From assembly GCA_030652255.1 (NCBI GenBank), contig JAUSAZ010000196.1, positions 10,875 to 74,874 on the forward strand: 64,000 bases of DNA, in the 5' to 3' direction. The position numbers and the translations under genes are program-made. This DNA is from Myxococcales bacterium. GTDB taxonomy: Bacteria > Myxococcota_A > Polyangia > Polyangiales > Ga0077539. This document shows, piece after piece, positions 55,128 to 64,000 of this stretch; positions within the stretch are counted from its first letter, which is position 1, and each line of letters starts with the position of its first letter. Under the pieces are notes generated by a model. That model was not told the origin of the DNA. It saw only the letters and a program-made list of their open reading frames with translations, and did no database searches.

Positions 55128-56264
55128 TCACCCCCACAACGCCTGTTCGATGCCCTCGGCCTGCGCCTCCCAGCGCCAGCCGAGGGCCCGCTCCCTCGCC
55201 TCGGGTGCCCCGGCCGGGTGCTCGTCCCAGGCCGCCGCGACCGCGTCCGCGATGGCCGTCGCGGGGGCGTCTGCGGCGAGCACCCGGCCCGCGTCGCCGA
55301 CCAGCGCCCCGACGCCGCCGCTGGCCGTCGCGACCACCGCGGCCCCCGCGCCCATCGCCTCGAGCAGGGCCACCGGCGCGCCCTCGCCCCGCGCCCCCGC
55401 GGCGCCCCCGGCGGTGTGCAGGAACACCCGCGCCCGCCCCAGCCACGCGTCCCTCTCGGCGGCCCCGACGCTGCCCACGAAGCGCGCCTCCACCCCGTGG
55501 GACCTCGCCAGGGCCTCCAGGGCGCCCCGCTCCGGGCCGTCTCCCAGGACCACCCACGGCAGCGCGCGCCCGCGGGCCCGCAGCGCCGCCATCGCCTCCA
55601 GCGCCAGGCCCACGCGCTTCACCGGGACCAGGCGCCCCACGCTCACCACCGCGTCGCGCGCCGCGCCCGACTCCGCCGCGGGCCAGAAGCCCATCGGGGC
55701 GACCACCGCCGGCGCCCGCAGGCGCACGCCCTCGGTGGCCGACAACATACCGTCCCAGGTAAAGCGCCACCGCGTCGCGCTCGCGAACACCGCCCGGCGG
55801 AGCGCCAGCGGAAGCCGCGCGAGCAGCCACCCGTCGGTGCCGTGCACCACCGCGAGGTGCGGCCGCGAGCCGCGCAGCGCCCCGGCGAGGAGCGCCGAGG
55901 GGAGCGCGAAGTGGCTGACCCACCCGTCGACGTCGCGCCCGTGGCGGGCGGCGAGCAGGCCCAGCGCCGCGACGGTGCGGGCGCCCTTCGCCCAGGCCAG
56001 CGGGTCGACCCCGCGGGCCCCGAGGCCGAGCCGCTCGGGCGCGCCGCCGCCGGAGAACACCCCCCCGTCGAGCTCTTCGACGGAGGCCACGCCCACCCCC
56101 TCTGCGGCGAGCGGGGTGCGCCCGCGGGGCACGCTGCCGAGCAGGGTCACCCGGTGTCCGCGCTGGGCGAGGGCGACGGCCATCTCGCGCACGAAGGCCC
56201 CCGCAGAGGGGTCGCCGTCGTGGGGCAGGCTCGTCGTGAGCATCGCGATCGCGCGGCGGGACAT
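55128..56264 (-). CDS. Glycosyltransferase (GT-B fold, GT4-like)
   Basis: N-terminal MLTTSLP..GD.S.GAFV..MA.ALA.RGH.V. C-terminal EGAPVALLEAMGAGAAVVAT (E-x7-E region). The start is ambiguous (56264 or 56243). Confidence 0.7.
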   Translation of the reverse strand: MSRRAIAMLTTSLPHDGDPSAGAFVREMAVALAQRGHRVTLLGSVPRGRTPLAAEGVGVASVEELDGGVFSGGGAPERLGLGARGVDPLAWAKGARTVAALGLLAARHGRDVDGWVSHFALPSALLAGALRGSRPHLAVVHGTDGWLLARLPLALRRAVFASATRWRFTWDGMLSATEGVRLRAPAVVAPMGFWPAAESGAARDAVVSVGRLVPVKRVGLALEAMAALRARGRALPWVVLGDGPERGALEALARSHGVEARFVGSVGAAERDAWLGRARVFLHTAGGAAGARGEGAPVALLEAMGAGAAVVATASGGVGALVGDAGRVLAADAPATAIADAVAAAWDEHPAGAPEARERALGWRWEAQAEGIEQALWG

Positions 56265-56358
56265 CGCCCATGGGGCACTAGCACGGCGCCCATGGGCGCG
56301 GGACGGTTGCGCCGTTGCCCCTCCCGCGCGCGCGCCGGCTGAGCTTAATATCCCGGGC

Positions 56359-57726
56359 ATGTTCACCCGAATCCTCATCGCCAACCGCGGCGAGATCGCC
56401 GCCCGCATCGCCCGCACCTGCCGCCGCCTGGGCATCGCCACGGTGGGCATCCACTCCGAGGCCGACGCCGACGCGCTGCACCCGTCGGCGATGGACGAGA
56501 GCCACCTCGTGGGCCCCGCCGCCGTGCGCGAGAGCTACATGAACGTCGCGGCCATCCTCGACGTGGCGAAGCGCACCGGCGCGCAGGCGGTGCACCCGGG
56601 CTACGGGCTGCTCAGCGAGAAGTCCCACTTCGCGCGCGCCGTCGTCGACGCGGGCCTCACCTGGATCGGCCCCTCCCCCGAGGCGCTCGACGCGCTCGGC
56701 GACAAGATGCTCTCGCGCGCGACGGCCATCGCGGCGGGGGTGTCCCCGGTGCCGGGCGCCAACGCGCCGGTGGAGTCGGTCGCGGAGGCCGAGGCGATCC
56801 TCGCGCGCATCGGGTACCCCGCGCTGGTGAAGCCCGTCGGAGGCGGCGGCGGCATCGGGATGCAGGTGGTGCGCGACCCGGGCGGCATCGAGCGGGCGAT
56901 GAAGTCCGCGAGCGACCGCGCGGCGCAGTCCTTCGGCGACGCGCGGGTGTACGTCGAGCGCTTCGTCGAGCGGCCGCGGCACATCGAGGTGCAGATCTTC
57001 GGCGACGAGCACGGCGAGGTGGTCGCCCTCGGCGAGCGGGAGTGCTCGCTCCAGCGGCGGCACCAGAAGATCGTCGAGGAGTCCCCGGCGCCGGCCTTCC
57101 ACGGCGAGGACGGGAAGGTGTACCGCGAGCGCATCCTCGACGCGGCGGTGCGCATCGGGCGCGCGGCGCGCTACGTCGGCGCCGGCACCTGCGAGTTCAT
57201 CTGGGACGAGTCGCGCAAGGAGTTCTACTTCCTGGAGGTCAACTGCCGCATCCAGGTGGAGCACCCGGTGACGGAGATGGTCACCGGGCTCGACCTCGTC
57301 GAGCAGCAGATCAGGGTGGCCCTGGGCGAGCCGCTGCCCCCGGCGCTGCGCGCGGTGACCCTCCAGGGGCACGCCATCGAGGCGCGGCTCTACGCCGAAG
57401 ACCCCGCCAAGGGGTTCATCCCCAAGCCCGGCGACGTCACGACCCTCACCTGGCCCCCGGAGGTGGAGGGCTCGCTGCGCATCGACGCGGGCGTGCGCGC
57501 GCCCGGGAAGGTGACGCCCTACTACGACCCGATGATCGCGAAGGTCATCGCGCACGCCCCGACGCGGGCCGAGGCCATCGCGCGCCTCGGAGAAGCGCTC
57601 GCGGGGGTCGAGGTCGCGCCGCTGGTGACCAACCTGGCCTTCCTCAAGGCGGTGCTGCGGTCCGAGGAGTTCGCGGCGGGCGCCTACGACACCACCTTCG
57701 CCGAAGCCTTCGCGAAGCGGAAGTAG
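56359..57726 (+). CDS. accC: Biotin carboxylase (ATP-grasp; AccC-type)
   Basis: RILIANRGEIA, HPGYGLLSE, GYPALVKP.GGGGGIGM, RHIEVQIFGD, ERECSLQRRHQK.VEE.P, FLEVN.RIQVEHPVTE. About 455 aa. Confidence 0.85.
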   Translation: MFTRILIANRGEIAARIARTCRRLGIATVGIHSEADADALHPSAMDESHLVGPAAVRESYMNVAAILDVAKRTGAQAVHPGYGLLSEKSHFARAVVDAGLTWIGPSPEALDALGDKMLSRATAIAAGVSPVPGANAPVESVAEAEAILARIGYPALVKPVGGGGGIGMQVVRDPGGIERAMKSASDRAAQSFGDARVYVERFVERPRHIEVQIFGDEHGEVVALGERECSLQRRHQKIVEESPAPAFHGEDGKVYRERILDAAVRIGRAARYVGAGTCEFIWDESRKEFYFLEVNCRIQVEHPVTEMVTGLDLVEQQIRVALGEPLPPALRAVTLQGHAIEARLYAEDPAKGFIPKPGDVTTLTWPPEVEGSLRIDAGVRAPGKVTPYYDPMIAKVIAHAPTRAEAIARLGEALAGVEVAPLVTNLAFLKAVLRSEEFAAGAYDTTFAEAFAKRK

Positions 57727-57735
57727 GCCGCCTCC

Positions 57736-59022
57736 GTGACCTTTCGCGACGCCTTCGTCTCCATCGCGGTGGCGGTCGCCGCGGGCCTGCTCATCGGCGC
57801 CGAGCGGCAGCAGAGCGCCACCGTGGCCGGACGCAAGGACTTCGCCGGCATCCGCACCTTCCCGATGGTGGCGCTGCTGGGTGCCCTCGGGGCCCTCGCG
57901 CAGCCCGCCGCGGGCGTCTGGCTGCTCGTCGGGCTGCTGGTCGGCGTCGTCGCCTTCGTCGCGGTGTCCCACGCGCGCAGTGCCTCGCACGACGAGATCG
58001 GCATCTCCACCGAGGTGGCCAGCCTGCTCGCCTTCGGCCTCGGCGCCCTCGCCGGGATGCGCGGTCTCATGCCCGACGCCGATCGCTTCCTCCTGGTGGG
58101 CACCACCGCCGCCGCGGTGCTCGCGCTGCTCGCGCTGAAGGCGCCCCTCCACGGCTTCGCGAAGCGCCTCTCCTCCGATGACATCTACGCCACGACCAAG
58201 TTCGTCGTGCTCGCGCTGATCATCCTCCCGGTGCTGCCGCGCGGCGCCTACGGCCCCCTCGGGGTGCTGGCCCCGTACAAGATCGGCAAGATGATCGCCC
58301 TCGTCGCGGGCGTGAGCTTCGCCGGCTACGCGGCCTCGCGCATCATCGGCTCGGCGCGCGGCCTCCTCGTGGCGGGCCTGCTCGGCGGCCTGGTGTCCTC
58401 CACCGCGGTGACCCTGACGTACTCCGGCCGGGGCCGCGACGAGCCCTCCGTGGCGACGCTGTGCGCAGTGGCCATCATCGCCGCGTGCTCGACGATGTTC
58501 GCCCGCCTGGTGGTGGTGGTGGCGCTCGTCGACCGCCCGCTGCTCGGCGCGCTCGCGCCGCCCCTCGCGGCCACGGCCGTGGTGGGCTTCGGCGTCGCCG
58601 TGGTGCTCTACCGCAAGGCGAGCAAGGCCGCCGAGAGCACCTCGCGGGAGGGCGCCGAGCCCGCGCTGCGCAACCCCTTCGAGCTCCGCCAGGCGGTGTC
58701 CTTCGGGCTGCTCTACGGCGTCGTGCTCTTCGTGGCGAAGGCCGCGCAGCAGGGCGCCGGGTCGGCGGGGCTCTACGTCTCGTCGGTGCTCGCGGGCCTC
58801 ACCGACGTCGACGCCATCACCCTCTCGGTGGTCGACATGCACCGCGCCGGGCTCGCGAGCGGCACCGCGGCGACGGCCATCATGCTGGCGGCGCTCACCA
58901 ACACGGTGGTGAAGTCCGGGATCGCGATCTCCGTGGGCGGCGCGGCGGTGGGCCGCCCGGTCGCCGCGACGCTCGGCGCCGGGCTGGCGGTCGGCGGGGT
59001 GGTGCTGGCGGTGATGGCGTAG
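57736..59022 (+). CDS. MgtC/SapB-family membrane protein with C-terminal multi-TM extension (DUF4010-like)
   Basis: N-terminal AVAAGLLIGAERQ motif. About 10 hydrophobic segments. GTG start. Confidence 0.7.
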   Translation: MTFRDAFVSIAVAVAAGLLIGAERQQSATVAGRKDFAGIRTFPMVALLGALGALAQPAAGVWLLVGLLVGVVAFVAVSHARSASHDEIGISTEVASLLAFGLGALAGMRGLMPDADRFLLVGTTAAAVLALLALKAPLHGFAKRLSSDDIYATTKFVVLALIILPVLPRGAYGPLGVLAPYKIGKMIALVAGVSFAGYAASRIIGSARGLLVAGLLGGLVSSTAVTLTYSGRGRDEPSVATLCAVAIIAACSTMFARLVVVVALVDRPLLGALAPPLAATAVVGFGVAVVLYRKASKAAESTSREGAEPALRNPFELRQAVSFGLLYGVVLFVAKAAQQGAGSAGLYVSSVLAGLTDVDAITLSVVDMHRAGLASGTAATAIMLAALTNTVVKSGIAISVGGAAVGRPVAATLGAGLAVGGVVLAVMA

Positions 59023-59113
59023 CGCCGTCGCCGCGAATGCCGCGCGCGGGGCGCGACACCAAGCAGCGCCACCGCCCGGCAGCGTCGCCGGTCGAAGGCC
59101 GCGAGCCACCCCG

Positions 59114-60382
59114 ATGACCGCCCTCGCCTCCGCCTATCGAGCGCCGTCCACCGCCCTCTTCCCGCGGTCGGCCCCGGCCGTCGCCGCGGCGACACCCTCC
59201 GTCGGGCTGCGCGCCCTCACGGTGTACGGCGTGCTGCTCGCCCTCGGCCTGCAGGGCAACCTCCCGTCCCTGATGCGGGGCACCGGCGCCCCGGGCGCCG
59301 TGCTGATGGTGCTCGCGCACCTTCCCTTGTACGTCGCGGCCGCGCGCCTCGGCGTGGCGCCCTTTCGCGACGGCCCCGTCCGCGCGCTCGCGGCCCTCGT
59401 CGCCGCCCTCGTGCCCAGCCTGCTCTGGAGCGAGCACCCGCTCGACGGCGCGATCAAGCTCGCCGCCATCGGCACCGCCATCGCCTGGGCCGCCCTGCTC
59501 TCGGCGTGGCCCGGCCTCGTCGCCGACGTCGTACGGGCGGGCCTCGCGGGCTGCGCCGCCAGCGCCGTGGGCGCGGCCGCCGGGCTCGGCTTCCTGCCGG
59601 TGCCCAGCAGCTCCTTCTCGCTCTCCGTGCTCTTCGCCGCGGGCATCCACTGGCGGGCCACGGCGTCCGCCGAGCGCCTCGCGGCCCGCGCCGGGCGATC
59701 GTTCGCGCTCGTGGCCCTCATCGGGCTGGTGTTCATGAGCACCTTCCGCGCGCCCACCATCGGCGCGCTGCTGGTGCTGGGCTTCTTCGCCCTGCGCTCG
59801 CGCGAGGCCCGGGTCGCCCTGGCGATCGCCGCCATCGCGGGCGCGGTCTTCTTCTCCGTCGAGGGCCCGAGGCGCGCGCCTTCGTACGCCGCCACCGTCG
59901 AGCGCAACGACCTCGTGGGCCGCTACGAGAGCATCTCCGACGACCGACTCTCGGGTCGCGGGGACATCTGGGCCGGCATCCTCGCCGACGCCTCGACCTC
60001 CCCCCGGTGGCTCTTCGTCGGCGGCGGCCTCGGGGACGTCGACTTCATCGTCGCCGCAGCCAACCCCGGCGTCATGAGCTTCAACCTGCGCGGCGAACGC
60101 GTGCTCAGCCCGCACAACCTCTTCCTCGAGGTGCTCATCGGCGCGGGCATCCCGGGCGCCCTCGCCCTGCTCTGGTGGCTGGGCTCGCTCGCGTCGCGCC
60201 TCGGGTCCCACCCCCTCGACGCCGGCCTGCTGGCCTGCACCGTGGTGATGTGCGGCTCCAACGTCCCGCTCCTCGACATCGGCGGCGGCGCGCTCTTCGT
60301 GGCGCTGCTCTGCGCGCACCTCGGGCGGCGCGAGCCCATCTGGCGGCGCGGCCCCCTCGACGACGAAGCGCCTCGGGTGTGA
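59114..60382 (+). CDS. O-antigen ligase/polymerase-like (Wzy_C) membrane protein
   Basis: Polytopic. SPHNLFLEVLIGAGIPGALALLWWLG block is typical of the O-antigen ligase family. Confidence 0.65.
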   Translation: MTALASAYRAPSTALFPRSAPAVAAATPSVGLRALTVYGVLLALGLQGNLPSLMRGTGAPGAVLMVLAHLPLYVAAARLGVAPFRDGPVRALAALVAALVPSLLWSEHPLDGAIKLAAIGTAIAWAALLSAWPGLVADVVRAGLAGCAASAVGAAAGLGFLPVPSSSFSLSVLFAAGIHWRATASAERLAARAGRSFALVALIGLVFMSTFRAPTIGALLVLGFFALRSREARVALAIAAIAGAVFFSVEGPRRAPSYAATVERNDLVGRYESISDDRLSGRGDIWAGILADASTSPRWLFVGGGLGDVDFIVAAANPGVMSFNLRGERVLSPHNLFLEVLIGAGIPGALALLWWLGSLASRLGSHPLDAGLLACTVVMCGSNVPLLDIGGGALFVALLCAHLGRREPIWRRGPLDDEAPRV

Positions 60383-60384
60383 GG

Positions 60385-61185
60385 TCAGCCCTGCGGCGGC
60401 GCGGCGCGTAGCCGGAAGCGGATGGAGATGTCCAGGGGCCCGTTGCGCACGCGCGTCTCGACCCGCTCCTCGACCGCGAAGAAGGGCGCCGCGAGCTCGA
60501 CGACCCCTGGGAGCGCGAGGTGCCCGCACGCTGCGCTGGCCGGCTGGTCGCGCACCTCCGTCGGGTCGACGTACACGAGCTGGCCGCCCGGCCGGAGCGA
60601 TCGCGCGATCTGCTCGAGGTAGCGCCGCGACAGCTCGCGGTCGCAATGGAGCAGCATCCCCGTGCTGATGAGCAGCACGGTGTCGAAGCGGCCCGGCTCG
60701 AGGCCCAGCTGTCCCAGCGGAGACTGCGTCACCTGGACGTTGCCCGCGCTGCGCAGCCGCGCCTCCCAGGCGAGGTGCCGGGTGGATCGCCAGTCGTGGT
60801 CGAGCGCGTGCACGACCCCTCCCGGCTCCACCTGTGACGCGTAGCGGAAGGTGTAGAAGCCGCCCCCGGCCCCGATGTCGGCGATGGCGACGCCCGGCGC
60901 TGGCGCAACCCAGCGGTCGATGAGCCGGGCCTGGCCACGCCCGCGCGCGGGGTTGTCGATCGACATGTGCTGCGCCTGCCAGACCGTCTCGTCGGGAAAC
61001 TCCACCCGGGGGTCGAGCGCAGGCGCCTCGATCGAAGTCGGCACCTCGACCGCGCCAGGAACGTCGAACCTCGCAGCGACCGGAGCAGGGATGGGGTCAG
61101 GGATCGACTCGTCGACGGGGGCGCAGCCCTCGACGAACGTTGCGATCACGAACAGCCATCGACCGCAGGTGTCGCGAAGCTCCAT
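60385..61185 (-). CDS. Class I SAM-dependent methyltransferase with hydrophobic, lipobox-like N-terminus
   Basis: Motif I VAIADIGAGGGFYTF. Post-I acidic residue VHALD. N-terminal WLFVIATFVEGC. Confidence 0.7.
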   Translation of the reverse strand: MELRDTCGRWLFVIATFVEGCAPVDESIPDPIPAPVAARFDVPGAVEVPTSIEAPALDPRVEFPDETVWQAQHMSIDNPARGRGQARLIDRWVAPAPGVAIADIGAGGGFYTFRYASQVEPGGVVHALDHDWRSTRHLAWEARLRSAGNVQVTQSPLGQLGLEPGRFDTVLLISTGMLLHCDRELSRRYLEQIARSLRPGGQLVYVDPTEVRDQPASAACGHLALPGVVELAAPFFAVEERVETRVRNGPLDISIRFRLRAAPPQG

Positions 61186-61331
61186 CCCTCTCGTTTCTCC
61201 CTGAAAACGAGGGCTATCACGACCACGGCAATCTTGTCACACCCCTCTCATGCGATCGCGCATGGCGGCGCGCTCGCCTCGTTGGGAGGATGCGACGGGG
61301 CTGCGGGCGAGAGGGGAGGCGGGGGAGAGGG

Positions 61332-63038
61332 TCAGTCCTGGCCGGCGTGGGCGACGGCCTGGAGGGCGGGGGTCGCGAGCTCTTCGCAGCGGGCGTGGAT
61401 CGGCGGGGTGCTCGGGCTGGTGGCGGTGAGCTCGCGCAGGGTGCGCCCGTCGAGGCCCACCACGCGGACGGGGCCGAAGGTGCGCAGGACCTCCTCGAGG
61501 GGCTGCGTCGCGCGGGGCGTGGCCGCCGGGCCCTGGGCCTGGCAGGCCTGGAGCTGCCGGGCGAAGGTCGCGTCTGCGGGGAGCGCCCCGGCGGCGGCGC
61601 AGGGCGGGCCGACCTGGACGGGCGCGGACGCGGTGCCGACGACGACGACGAGCGCGCGGTCGGGCTGGATGTAGCGACGCGCGGTGGCCAGCGAGGCCGC
61701 GGCGTCGACGGCGGTGACGCGGGCGCGGAGGGTGTCGTAGTAGTCCGCGGGCAGGCCGAAGATGCGCATCGACGACACGAGGTCGGCGACGTTTCCGGGC
61801 GTCTCGATGGTGAGGGGGAAGCTGTCGGTGAGGTACGAGCGCGTCATGGCGAGCTCGGGCTCGGGCGCGGCCTCGGTGGTGAGGCACTCCATGTGACGGA
61901 AGAGGGCGTGCAGGGCGTCGCCGGTGACGGCGTTGCGCACCTGGCCGCCCGCGAACCACTGGCTCTCCCCGACGTTCGCGCCCATGCGGGCGTAGACCCC
62001 GTAGGAGAGGGAGCGCAGCTCGCGGAGGTCCATGAAGAGCCGCGACGAGACGCCGCCGCCGAGGATCTGGTTGGCCACGGTGAAGGGCACCCAGTCGGGG
62101 TCGGCGCGGCGCAGCGACACGTTGCCGATGCGGATCGCGCTCTGGGCGGACTCCGGGCGGTCGACCAGGACGATCTGCCGGGCGGTGCGGGCGGGCACGG
62201 CGGGGACGGCGACCACGGGCGCGGTGCCGCGGCGGAGCGTGCCGAGGGTGCGGTTGAGCAGCGCGTCGAAGGCCGCGGGCTGCACGTCGCCCACGGCCGT
62301 GAGGAACATGTTCCCCGCGACGTAGCGCGCGCGGTGGAAGGCCATGAAGTCCGCGCGGGTGACGCGGGCCAGCACCGCGGGGGTCGTGTCGAAGCGACCG
62401 TAGGGGTGCGTCGTGCCGTACAGCCCCTCGTAGAACGCGCGCTGCGTGAGCCAGCCCGGGTCGTTGCGCGACTGCTGCAGCCGGTCGGTCTCCCGGCGCT
62501 TGAGCTTGTTGATCTCCACCTGCGGGAAGGTCGGGCGCGCCAGCACGTCGGCGAGGAGCGTGAGGGCCGTCTCGGCGTGGTCGCGCAGCACCGACACGGA
62601 GATCACCGTCACGTCGGCGCTGGTGCTCACGTCGAGGCTGCCGCCCACGAACTCGATGGCCTCCGCGATCTGGGCGCTCGATCGGGTGGTGGTGCCCTCG
62701 CGGAGCATGTCGCCGGTGAGCGACGCGAGGCCCGGCAGGTTGGCCGGGTCGGTGGAGGAGCCCGCGCGCACCACGAGCCGGAGGTGGAGCACCGGGAGCG
62801 TGTGGTACTCGACGAGCTGCACCGCGAGCCCGTTGCCCAGGGTGGTGGCGCGCACCGGCGGGAGGTGCACGTCGCGGGCGGGCCCCGGCGTGGGCACCGC
62901 GACGCGCGGCGGGGGCGGGGTGGCCGCGCCCGCGTCGGCGTCGGGAGCAGGGGTCGGGGCGACGGCGACGGGCGCGGGGGTCTGGGTGCTACCGCAGGCG
63001 GCGAGCACGAGGGCGAGGGCGAAGGAGAGTCGGCGCAT
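61332..63038 (-). CDS. M16 (pitrilysin) family peptidase, non-catalytic-type subunit, lipoprotein with ~100-aa C-terminal extension
   Basis: Lipobox LVLAAC. M16 fold blocks (GLAVQLVEYHTLPVL, SRLFMDLRE..SLSYGVY). No HxxEH seen. Start at ATG 63038; the longer ORF extending to 63743 was rejected. Confidence 0.8.
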   Translation of the reverse strand: MRRLSFALALVLAACGSTQTPAPVAVAPTPAPDADAGAATPPPPRVAVPTPGPARDVHLPPVRATTLGNGLAVQLVEYHTLPVLHLRLVVRAGSSTDPANLPGLASLTGDMLREGTTTRSSAQIAEAIEFVGGSLDVSTSADVTVISVSVLRDHAETALTLLADVLARPTFPQVEINKLKRRETDRLQQSRNDPGWLTQRAFYEGLYGTTHPYGRFDTTPAVLARVTRADFMAFHRARYVAGNMFLTAVGDVQPAAFDALLNRTLGTLRRGTAPVVAVPAVPARTARQIVLVDRPESAQSAIRIGNVSLRRADPDWVPFTVANQILGGGVSSRLFMDLRELRSLSYGVYARMGANVGESQWFAGGQVRNAVTGDALHALFRHMECLTTEAAPEPELAMTRSYLTDSFPLTIETPGNVADLVSSMRIFGLPADYYDTLRARVTAVDAAASLATARRYIQPDRALVVVVGTASAPVQVGPPCAAAGALPADATFARQLQACQAQGPAATPRATQPLEEVLRTFGPVRVVGLDGRTLRELTATSPSTPPIHARCEELATPALQAVAHAGQD

Positions 63039-63058
63039 CGGGTGGTTCCTCGGTTCGT

Positions 63059-64000
63059 TCAGCGGGTGGCAGGCGTCGCAGCCCGCGGCGCGGCGGCGGG
63101 GGTGGCGGCGGGGGCCGCGGCGGGGGTGGCGGCGGCAGCGGGGGGCGCCGCGGGACGGGGCACCACGTCGAGCACGGTGCGGTTCTCGGGGCGGAAGTAC
63201 TGGCCCGCGACGCGCTGCACGTCCGCGGCGCTCACGGCGAGGTAGCGGTCGAGCTCGGTGCGCAGCAGCGCGGCGTTGCCGTCGTACATCTCGAACTCCG
63301 CGAGCCGGCGGGCGCGCGCGAGGTTGCTCTGGAGCCCGAACACGAAGGCCCGGCGGAAGAGGTTGCGGGCCTTGTCGAGCTCCCGCGCGGTGATGCCCTC
63401 GCGGGCGATGGACTCCAGCTGGCGGTAGATCACCTCGCGCGCCTCGGCGGGCTGGTGACCGCTCGCGAGGACGCACCACACGGTGAACACGTCGGGGCCG
63501 CGGCGGTCTTCGGTGTCGACGGAGATCTCGCTGGCGATCTCGCGGGTCTTCACCAGCTCCTGGTAGAGCCGGGAGCTCTCGCCGCTCGCGAGCACCGTCG
63601 CGAGGATGTCGAGGGGGTAGTGGTCGGGCGTGCGCCGCGTGGGGATGTGATACGAGAGGTGGAAGGCGGGCAGCGGGGCGAAGCGGTCTTCGATCGACCC
63701 GGTGCGCTCGGCGGTCTGCCCGGTGAAGCCCGGGTCGACCCACGGGCTCGCGTGGCGCGCGGGGATGGCGCCGAAGTGCTGCCGGACGAGGGCGAGCGCC
63801 TGCGCGGGCTCGAAGTCTCCCGCGAGGGAGATCACCGCGTTGTCGGGCGCGTAGTAGCGGTTGTGGAAGGTGCGGACGTCGTCGAGCGAGGCCCGCTGGA
63901 GGTCGGCCATGTCGCCGATGACGCTGTGCTCGTAGGGCCAGTATCCCTGGAAGGCGAGGGCGTCGCGCTGGATGAACGACGGGACGTAGGGGCGGTTCTC
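63059..64000 (-). CDS. M16 family peptidase, C-terminal part (the gene continues beyond the window)
   Basis: DDVRTFHNRYYAPDNAVISLAGDF, SSRLYQELV, FGLQS. The frame is open to the window edge. Lies 20 nt upstream of the partner M16 gene. Confidence 0.8.
   Translation of the reverse strand, partial: ENRPYVPSFIQRDALAFQGYWPYEHSVIGDMADLQRASLDDVRTFHNRYYAPDNAVISLAGDFEPAQALALVRQHFGAIPARHASPWVDPGFTGQTAERTGSIEDRFAPLPAFHLSYHIPTRRTPDHYPLDILATVLASGESSRLYQELVKTREIASEISVDTEDRRGPDVFTVWCVLASGHQPAEAREVIYRQLESIAREGITARELDKARNLFRRAFVFGLQSNLARARRLAEFEMYDGNAALLRTELDRYLAVSAADVQRVAGQYFRPENRTVLDVVPRPAAPPAAAATPAAAPAATPAAAPRAATPATR

Overview
This is a very GC-rich window: hand-counted coding lines are about 73-77 % G+C with strong GC3 bias. 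It almost certainly comes from a Myxococcota chromosome. Two subtilases end in a MYXO-CTERM-type tail (GC.C, hydrophobic helix, RRRRR), and there are Cys-rich repeat lipoproteins, OmpA proteins with thrombospondin-3-like repeats, and an HRDV..QN-type Ser/Thr kinase.

I call about 40 CDSs. I found no tRNA, rRNA or CRISPR array. Many long antisense or out-of-frame ORFs in the track are GC artefacts. Six gene pairs show 4-nt start/stop overlaps (ATGA or GTGA).

Main content:
- A compact type III PKS cassette at 3195-8251: T3PKS, a fused FAAL-ACP-degenerate-KR protein, and a PPTase.
- An approximately 12-kb rearranged region at 14470-26425. It reads as a tandem segmental duplication of the unit [ACAD-like gene - hybrid histidine kinase - spacer - unknown gene]. 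The two copies have decayed reciprocally.
- The spacer of copy 1 carries a solitary MmeI-family type IIL restriction-modification gene. That gene contains a roughly 1-kb low-GC block over its presumed specificity region. Downstream of it lie large palindromic repeat elements.
- Two paralogous modules pairing a Cys-rich lipoprotein with an OmpA/TSP3 protein.
- A tandem pair of S8/FG-GAP/MYXO-CTERM proteases with a probable gene-conversion tract.
- A divergent lipoxygenase-MFS operon.
- Scattered biotin-enzyme parts.

All functional calls come from motif reading by eye. No database search was run.
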